DNA of 36,870 nt from Priapulus caudatus. Taxonomy: Eukaryota. The notes below the pieces were generated by a model. The model did no database searches and was not told the origin of the DNA. It worked only from the letters and a program-made list of their open reading frames with translations. Position numbers and translations under genes: made by a program. Of the stretch, positions 31,818-36,870 are shown piece by piece (positions within the stretch are counted from its first letter, which is position 1; each line of letters begins with the position of its first letter). Location of the stretch: NCBI RefSeq assembly GCF_000485595.1, contig NW_014577062.1, positions 1,491,326-1,528,195 of the forward strand, in the 5' to 3' direction.

Positions 31818-34772
31818 TGTTCGTGAATTACGCATGTTGTGGTCGTAGGAATAGGGAAAAGCATATATTGGATCGCAGGAAACACATGTGCGCTCTGCAT
31901 GCGCACTGTTATGTAAGAGTAATAAGAGTAATATCTAATACATTATTGTTAATGGTTTTTCTTCGTTTTATTAATTTTTATGCGTTTTTACAGAATAATG
32001 AGCAACAAAGTTATGGCCCAAATAAACATGAAAGGAGCAAAAGGGAAACTGGCGCTTGCTGGAACAGAATTGTTTTCCATAGTAACAGGTAAGTCCTTTA
32101 ATGCTATATATTCTTAATGCACAACTGCATGAGCAGTAATATATATATATATATATATTGCGTGATATATGGTTATAACTTGCATATATTTTTAAAAGTG
32201 CTTCTGGATAGTTTTACACTTTCAATTCTTTTAAAACCATATTGTGGTTTTGCTTGTGGATGTTATATGAATTGCAAATTTTTTCATATGTTAAACATGT
32301 ACTTCGCAGCTCCACAGTAGAAATTAATAAAAGATAACTTTTTGGTTAAGCTAGTAAGATTAAATTTAATTGACACATAAATTACTGTACATTAATATTA
32401 TGTTATAATAATTTTCTATATCGCGTTTTTCTACCTTAGCAAGTGTGCTAAAGAATCATAACGGCACTGAAACCGAGGTAACCGCTGCAGCAGCACTGTG
32501 CCTCAAATACGCACCAGACAGGATTGGAGGAGGAGGAAGGAAATAATTCCCAAACTATTTCAGTGTCGTTCACCCTCAAGTCGTTATATCACAAAATTTT
32601 ATTTACCCGCGACTAAATTTCGATCCTTAATTATATTTTTGGTCTAGTTTCATTTACCCCAAAATAATTTCATTTACCCTTCGGTGAACTATTTACCAGT
32701 TTAAGAAGCACTGTACATGATACACTACACAGCCAGTCCTGCTGGGTAGATAAATACATATATATATATAATATCAGGAGTGGATAATATAGAGTCTCTA
32801 TTATCCACTCCTGATAATATACACTGCGTATGTTTTTGACTATATTATATTTTTATTGTTAGTATTCATTTATTAGAAGTTTAGCGTATTATTTGTATTG
32901 TTAGTAGTCGTTTCTAAGTATAGTTTATTGTGCATCAGCGCGCATATGATGTATGTTATACTCAGGTTCAATGAGGTGATTAATGTAGCTCTATAAATAT
33001 ACATACGGGCATATGTGTGTTCAAGCAGATCCATGTTTCATACCTGATGGCAGCTATATATAATGTTCATTTCAGTGTCGTTCACCCTCAAGTCGTTATC
33101 ACAAATTTCATTTACCTGCGACTATATTTCCTTAATTTATGATTTTGGTCTAGTTTCATTCACCCCAAAATAATTTCATTTACCCTTGGGTGAACAATTC
33201 ACCAGTTTAAGAAGCACTGTACGTGGTAAACTACACAGCCAGTCCTGCTGGGTAGGCCTAGATAAATACATATACACTGTGTATATATTTTTGACTATAT
33301 TATATTTTTATTGTTAGTATTCATTTATTAGAAGTTTGAATGTGCATCAGCGTATTATTTGTATTGTTAGTAGTCGTTTATAAGTATAGTTTATTGTGCA
33401 TCAGCGCACATATTGTATGTTACTCAGGTGCAATGAGGTGATTAATGTAGTTGTCTATAAATATACATACGGGCATATTATATATATGTGTGTTCAAACA
33501 GATCCATATGTTTCATACATGATGGTAGCTATATATAGTGTTCATTTATTTATAGTGTTGTTAAATTTAAAAACCTGGATTGCTTTTGACTTGCTGATGG
33601 CTGAATCTTAATTAGATGTGGTAGTGCCACACTATAGCTAGATTAGAAAACCTTTCATTAAAACACCTGTCTAGAGCACTTCATATAGTAGGTATACAGT
33701 TCGGTAGTATAATTTTTGCGAGGTGATCCGAGCCAGCTACGAAATCTATCGCTATATATCATATGGTGAAATATAATAAAACAAATGTATATACAAATGA
33801 TGTCTACATGTATATATCAGCATGCTTTACAACCTAATTTTAGCCAATTTCTAGACTGTTTCAACGTCGGCAATCAACGTTGAAACAACGTTGGTAAACA
33901 ACGTTGAAACAACGTTGGCAAACAACATTGAAAAATGTTTGGATATGCAATTTGATACTACGTCGAATTGTCAACGTTGAAACAACGTCGAAATGTCAAC
34001 GTGGAACCAACGTCGCAATATCAACGTGGAAGCAACGGCGCAATATCAACGTTGAAACAACGTCGCAATATCAACGTTGAAACAACGTTGACATTTCGAC
34101 GTAGTATCAAATTGCAAATTCGAACATTTTTCAACGTTGTTTCAACGTGGTTTTCCAACGTTGTTTCAACGTTGTTTCAACCTCTTTTGCCCACTGGGAT
34201 ATTTCTCTAATATCTGTGTTCACGTAATGCCCAGTATTTTCCATCAGAAGAAATCGTTCGGTAGAAATCATACACTTTAAACAGGGAGAACATAATCGCG
34301 TGTAATATATGACATGAAAAATTACAATGCTATAGTGTTTCACTTTTATTATTATAAGGTGCCAAATCTTTCACGCATGCATGGTATCTACCAAACGAGA
34401 TATTAGTTTCTTGAAACGAATTTACATTAGAGAGCACATATATTCACGGGTAGTTTCTCTAAAATCTCTTTCCGCGTTTTCATATTAATAGTTATATAAC
34501 GTGCCCAACCTTCTCGAAATTGCCTATACTGTAAGATAGTGAATGTAAAATAATTGTGTATGGAAAAACCTTTGTCCTGGTCACAACGTGATAGCAAGAT
34601 CATATAATCCCTTAGGGTACGTTTGTATGCTCTTGTTTTTGCAGGTCTCGTAAGTGGCTGCATGCAGGATATATCGGCCCTGTGTGGAAGTATGGTCACG
34701 CTTACTGTTCCTCTTCCCGTTTCCTTGAGCACGGGCAAGACTTGGGGACATATGGATGCCTACACCCCATAA
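485..34772 (+). CDS. POLN: DNA polymerase nu (A-family), 16 coding exons, about 1029 aa
   Basis: Manually spliced GT-AG exons with consistent phases: 485-1437, 1694-1856, 2415-2612, 2938-3065, 3226-3368, 3604-3682, 3841-4002, 4341-4476, 4742-4840, 5236-5347, 5730-5927, 6216-6333, 7294-7448, 7574-7744, 8057-8203, 34645-34772 (3090 nt, no internal stop). Motifs: [69 protein letters not shown], motif [16 protein letters not shown], motif [31 protein letters not shown], motif [11 protein letters not shown]. These are collinear with vertebrate POLN as I recall it. The start codon and the exon 3/4 junction are the least certain parts. Confidence 0.93.
6400..7250. repeat. 27-bp G-rich minisatellite in POLN intron 12
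   Basis: Unit GGTGCCAGGCCTKGCATGGAGAGGGGT, tandem, degenerate at the edges; explains the spurious 9-aa-periodic ORFs. Confidence 0.95.
7850..8045. repeat. Degenerate about 33-bp tandem repeat in POLN intron 14
   Basis: Recurrent GCATTGTMCATACCATGC...TCAAATGTA motif. Confidence 0.55.
8385..8610 (+). repeat. Outer left TIR plus truncated subterminal CAACGTTG repeats
   Basis: Near-identical to 25180-25405; breaks off abruptly at about 8610. Confidence 0.9.
8611..9015 (-). repeat. 63-bp coding minisatellite encoding [21 protein letters not shown]
   Basis: TTCCTATACTCCTAGAC recurs at 8614, 8681, 8744, 8807, 8870, then degenerates; a 4-bp insertion near 8671 creates the stop. Confidence 0.92.
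8611..11192 (-). pseudogene. N-terminal exons of a DUF4806-type transposon accessory gene, disabled and truncated
   Basis: Minus-strand exons 11199 to about 10987 ([40 protein letters not shown]...[10 protein letters not shown]; stops at 11153 and 11087), 10236-10105 ([22 protein letters not shown]...KRKMKKK), 9856-9791 and 9163 to about 8611. The last three have canonical splice sites and phase-1 junctions. The WxRAVWxE...PxxW...YWP N-terminus is one I recognise from DUF4806-containing proteins. Confidence 0.7.
12570..12872. mobile_element. hAT-like MITE
   Basis: TIRs CAGGGCCGTAG...CTACGGCCCTG; a second nested end CAGTGGCGGATCCAGG at about 12608; no clean TSD. Confidence 0.6.
13117..13203. 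mobile_element. 87-bp MITE with TAG termini and 9-bp TSD (AcademH-like)
   Basis: TAGTCCG...CGGACTA termini, inner GCAGAC/GTCTGC match, perfect direct repeat CTGATCTCT at 13108-13116 and 13204-13212. Confidence 0.75.
13300..13550 (-). mobile_element. hAT-like MITE fragment related to 27531-27903
   Basis: Reverse complement shares GAAATCTGGTATCCCCCC..AAAGAT, GATAGTAATTT and GCGTTCATTTTACATACG with 27560-27760. Confidence 0.6.
15215..15547. mobile_element. Truncated PIF/Harbinger-like MITE (right end)
   Basis: Ends GATAATTGTGAACGACCCC followed by TAA; internal inverted CGTACAAACCGTAC / GTACGGTTTGTACG; left terminus not found. Confidence 0.45.
16765..16995. mobile_element. Foldback element with GGTTAGGGTTAGG core
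   Basis: Arms ATGTCCCCCAGGGTACTGCCGGAACGTACCCTG and CAGGGTACGTTCCGGCAGTACCCCGGGGGACAT, with repeated GTACCCTG submotifs. Confidence 0.7.
17339..23645 (+). CDS. JHY: JHY-like (jhy protein homolog) gene, apparently full length, frameshifted probably by sequencing error
   Basis: Clean exon 17336-17624 (ends SADSLEL). Indel-ridden equivalents of the three clean exons at 28653-31257 lie at about 18900-20330, 20596-20730 and 21716-21890. Further exons at about 22523-22679 (EFGRRV.QQN-like) and about 23360-23645 (ALEY...), corresponding to the QKEYAKQV / RQKALEYAK C-terminus of JHY. Confidence 0.6.
23512..23536. other. Assembly gap of 25 N
   Basis: 25 consecutive N in the middle of an insertion-error-rich region. 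Confidence 1.
24260..25179 (+). pseudogene. Tandem C2H2 zinc-finger array (about 10-11 fingers), frameshifted and cut by a transposon end
   Basis: About 84-88 nt periodic units reading [26 protein letters not shown] across shifting frames; the last finger ends at GATGCTAC immediately before CCCAGTGGG. Confidence 0.85.
25200..26190 (+). repeat. Left subterminal array, about 112-bp unit x 6-8, rich in palindromic TTCAACGTTGAA
   Basis: ACGTTATAT-type motif recurs at about 25320, 25431, 25543, 25655, 25768, 25879. Confidence 0.92.
26310..26497. repeat. (TAT)n/(TA)n microsatellite
   Basis: Almost pure A/T low-complexity tract. Confidence 0.95.
27531..27903. mobile_element. hAT-like MITE
   Basis: TIRs CAGGGGTCGAAATTA ... 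TAATTTCGACCCC(G)TG. Confidence 0.7.
27911..28208. mobile_element. Near-perfect foldback MITE (arms over 110 bp) in the JHY intron
   Basis: TGATATGTGTATACATTCACTTC...CAAACAATCAGACCAATCAGAGC mirrored by GCTCTGATTGGTCTGATTGTTTG...GAAGTGAATGTATACACATATCA; garbled equivalent at about 17869-18270. Confidence 0.9.
28653..31257 (+). CDS. JHY: JHY-like gene fragment, three intact internal exons
   Basis: Exons 28653-29896, 30135-30250 and 31119-31257 splice in frame (start phase 1; junction phases 0 and 2) without stops. Contains DVDFVTMNK and [23 protein letters not shown], matching the DFVEKNK and VKLGGLGPD signatures I recall for JHY. First and last exons absent. Confidence 0.75.
31685..31786. repeat. 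27-bp minisatellite (also about 22365-22522)
   Basis: Unit GTGTTGTCATATAATTACCTGTGTGCA, running into (TA)n at about 31786-31812. Confidence 0.9.
31994..32546 (+). pseudogene. C-terminal two exons of a DUF4806-type transposon accessory gene
   Basis: Exons 31994-32088 ([31 protein letters not shown]) and 32440-32546 ([35 protein letters not shown]) have canonical splice sites and join in frame. NxKGxKGK and LKYAPDRxGGGGR are characteristic of this family. Not in the supplied ORF track. Confidence 0.8.
32557..33548. repeat. About 0.5 kb tandem duplication
   Basis: ATTTCAGTGTCGTTCACCCTCAAGTCG starts at 32557 and again at 33069; units are collinear with small indels. Confidence 0.92.
32775..32813. 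mobile_element. 39-bp palindromic micro-MITE with 7-bp TSD
   Basis: CAGGAGTGGATAAT...ATTATCCACTCCTG flanked by ATAATAT on both sides; absent from the paralogous position (about 33270) of the tandem duplicate. Confidence 0.85.
33856..34198 (+). repeat. Right subterminal CAACGTTGAAACAACG repeats plus right TIR
   Basis: Short 22-27 bp repeats in both orientations, ending TGCCCACTGGG. Confidence 0.92.
34645..34772 (+). CDS. POLN: Terminal coding exon of POLN, separated from exon 15 by a 26.4 kb intron
   Basis: Strong acceptor tcttgtttttgcag, phase 1 matching the exon 15 donor (GCA G|gtaaca). Translates [42 protein letters not shown], the VPLxVxxxxGxxWG C-terminus of A-family polymerases. Absent from the supplied ORF track. 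Confidence 0.92.
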
Positions 34773-35137
34773 AGACTACGAGACAACGTGGCACTGGAAC
34801 GTGTTACCACCTAGCTCTCTGTGAAACATAATTGCGATTGTACCGTACACTTATTACTACGTTCCGTTGCGTGAAGATTGCTCAACAATGTTATGCCATG
34901 AAAAACAACAAAATACCCCCAAAATCTAGAGACATATATATCGGACTGCCACGTGCACACCCATCTATTCTCCGTAACGTATTTAGAGACCATGGATCAG
35001 GAACAGATGCGGTCGCAAAACGGCGTGGCGCACGTGCATGCAGACATCGGGAATCTACGCGGTTATCTCACAAATGTTATGAGGTGTTACCAGTTTTGAC
35101 ATCAACGAATATTAACAGTTACCGCTATTCTAAGTCA

Positions 35138-35143
35138 AATAAA
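35138..35143 (+). promoter_or_regulatory. Candidate polyadenylation signal of POLN
   Basis: AATAAA about 365 nt after the stop codon. Confidence 0.35.
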
Positions 35144-35490
35144 ATGAGGATATAGTAATCAATTCTAATGTGTAATCGATGTCTATCTAAAGTATTGGTT
35201 GATGAAAATACGGCAATTTATCAATCGAGCCACGTCACATCAATTCCTTCAGCGTTTCTTGTGGCCACACTTATATCGAGAAGCTACCAAACGTTAACTT
35301 TCTGCTAGAGAAAGAAGGAAAAGGAAGAGAAAAAGAGAGGGGGAGAGAGATATGCCTGCCTCTGTGTGCGTGCATGCGTCTGTGTGCGTGCGTCTGTCTG
35401 TGTGCGTGCGTCTGTGCGGGCGTGCGTCTGTGTGTGTCTATGATAACATTTACGGGAATTCGTAATGAAAAAGTTAAATAATATATATAT

Positions 35491-35529
35491 CAAGAGTCCA
35501 TAAATAGCGATCTCTATTATGGACTCTTG
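35491..35529. mobile_element. 39-bp palindromic micro-MITE
   Basis: CAAGAGTCCATAA...TTATGGACTCTTG in an AT-rich site with an imperfect 7-bp TSD. Confidence 0.7.
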
Positions 35530-36044
35530 ATTATATCAAACAACGTACTATACTAATTTAAGATAAAACATTGTCACAAATTTGCGCATACACGTATATC
35601 TCTCCTCCGCTACCACCTCTTTCTTCCACTTTACCATTTGTTCCTCTTTTGCTGAAACCTTCGTTCCCTCCCCATCACTTCTTTGTGAATGGTAGATGAT
35701 GAGAGAGGGGTATGTAGAGGGAGAATATGGAGAAGGGGGGGCGGAGTCGAAGAAAATCTGGAGGATGGGGATGAGGTAGTAGAGAAGGAGGAATGTGTGG
35801 GAGGAGGGCGGTAGAGGAGGTGGGTTGACATAGATTTGGAGAAAAGGTGGAGGAGGCCGGTGAATGTAGAAGAAGGGAGGAGGTAAATGAGGGCGGATGA
35901 TGTAGAGGCGAATGGGAGGTGAAGATGAACGCGAGAAGATGGCGGAGAAGGGGAAAAGGTTGTGAAAGAGGGGAGAAGGGAGGAAGAAGGTGGCGGAGGA
36001 AGGAGAAGGTCTGGAAGAGGGGGAAGGAGAAGGTGGTGGATGAG

Positions 36045-36870
36045 GGAGGGAGGAGCGAGCAAGGAGCAATAATGGTGGAGGAGCGAGGAAGGAGCAATAG
36101 TGTGGAGGAGGGAGGAAGGAGCAATAGTGTGGAGGAGCGAGCAAGGAGCAATAGTGTGGAGGAGCGAGGAAGGAGCAATAGTGTGGAGGAGCGAGCAAGG
36201 AGCAATAGTGTGGAGGAGCGAGCAAGGAGCAATAGTGTGGAGGAGCGAGCAAGGAGCAATAGTGTGGAGGAGCGAGCAAGGAGCAATAGTGTGGAGGAGC
36301 GACCAAGGAGCAATAGTGTGGAGGGGGCGAGCAGGAGCAATAGTGTAGTAGAGGGAGGAGGAGCAATAGTGTGGAGGAGCGAAGCAAGGAGGCAATAGTG
36401 TGGCGGAGGCGAGGAAGGAAGCAATAGATAGTGGAGGAAGCGAGCAAAGGAAGAAAATAGTGTGGAGGAAGCGAAGAAGGAAGCAAATAGTGGGAGGAAC
36501 GAGGCCCAGGAGCGAATTAGTGTGGAGGCAGGCGAGCTAAGGAGCATAGTAGTGGAGGAGCGAGGAAGGAGCAATAGTGTGAGAGAGCGAGCAAGGAGGC
36601 AAGAGTGTGGAAGATAGCGAGGAAGGAAGCAATGTGTGGAGGAGCGAGCAAGGCGCAATAGTGATAGAGGAGGCGACGGAAGGAGCAATAGTGTGGAGGA
36701 GGGCAGGAAGGAGCAATCGTGTGGAGGAGGGAAGGAGGAAGACAATAGTGTGGAGGAGAACGAAGCAAGGAAAGGAATAGTGTGGAGGAGCGAGGCAAGG
36801 AGCGCAATAGTGTGGAGGAGCGAGCCAATGAGTAATAGTGTGGAGGAGCAGAGCAGGAGTAAATAGTATC
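36045..36870. repeat. 27-bp purine-rich minisatellite, preceded by a GA-rich low-complexity tract from about 35690
   Basis: Unit GCAATAGTGTGGAGGAGCGAGCAAGGA; runs off the window end. Confidence 0.95.

Larger units (their letters stand above)
8385..34198. mobile_element. Composite non-autonomous CACTA/EnSpm(CMC)-like element, 25.8 kb, in the last POLN intron
   Basis: Left end CCCAGTGGGCACACGACGTTGTTTCAACGTTGAA (8385) versus reverse complement of the right end CCCAGTGGGCAAAAGAGGTTGAAACAACGTTGAA (34198): 11 bp perfect, 28/34 identical. Flanked by AT (8383-8384) and AT (34199-34200). Subterminal AACGTT arrays at both ends. Removal leaves a 625-nt intron, within the 125-960 nt range of the other introns. 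Confidence 0.7.
25180..34198 (+). mobile_element. Inner 9 kb CACTA/EnSpm-like element carrying a captured JHY fragment
   Basis: Second left TIR at 25180 with a full subterminal array, DUF4806 C-terminal exons, and the right TIR at 34198. Its left flank (AC) does not match the right flank (AT). Confidence 0.7.

Noticed and set aside
8385..34198. Autonomous transposon, Polinton or endogenous virus
   Set aside because: No transposase, integrase, pPolB or capsid ORF is recognisable; the polymerase belongs to the host and lies outside the TIRs.
35548..36866. Long Pro/Ser/Leu-rich ORFs up to 356 aa
   Set aside because: Open in multiple frames because of a purine-rich minisatellite; no coding signature.

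Overview
Eukaryotic (animal, probably invertebrate) genomic DNA. The backbone is a 16-exon, apparently intact DNA polymerase nu (POLN) gene on the + strand (ATG 485, stop 34772, about 1029 aa). Its last intron (8204-34644, 26.4 kb) is almost entirely filled by a 25.8 kb block (8385-34198) bounded by CCCAGTGGGCA terminal inverted repeats, AACGTT-rich subterminal arrays and an AT 2-bp target-site duplication. These are the hallmarks of a CACTA/EnSpm (CMC)-like DNA transposon. The block shows no recognisable transposase. It contains two oppositely oriented halves of a DUF4806-type transposon accessory gene, an apparently full-length but indel-ridden JHY-like gene, a C2H2 zinc-finger array cut by a second left end (25180), and a clean intron-containing 3-exon JHY fragment inside the inner element. 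The layout fits a composite, gene-capturing (Pack-CACTA-like) macro-transposon. However, about 17.7-25.3 kb looks like unpolished long-read gap-fill around a 25-N gap, so an assembly artefact must be excluded. Many MITEs (some only 39 bp) and minisatellites are also present. All family assignments are from motif recognition, not database searches.
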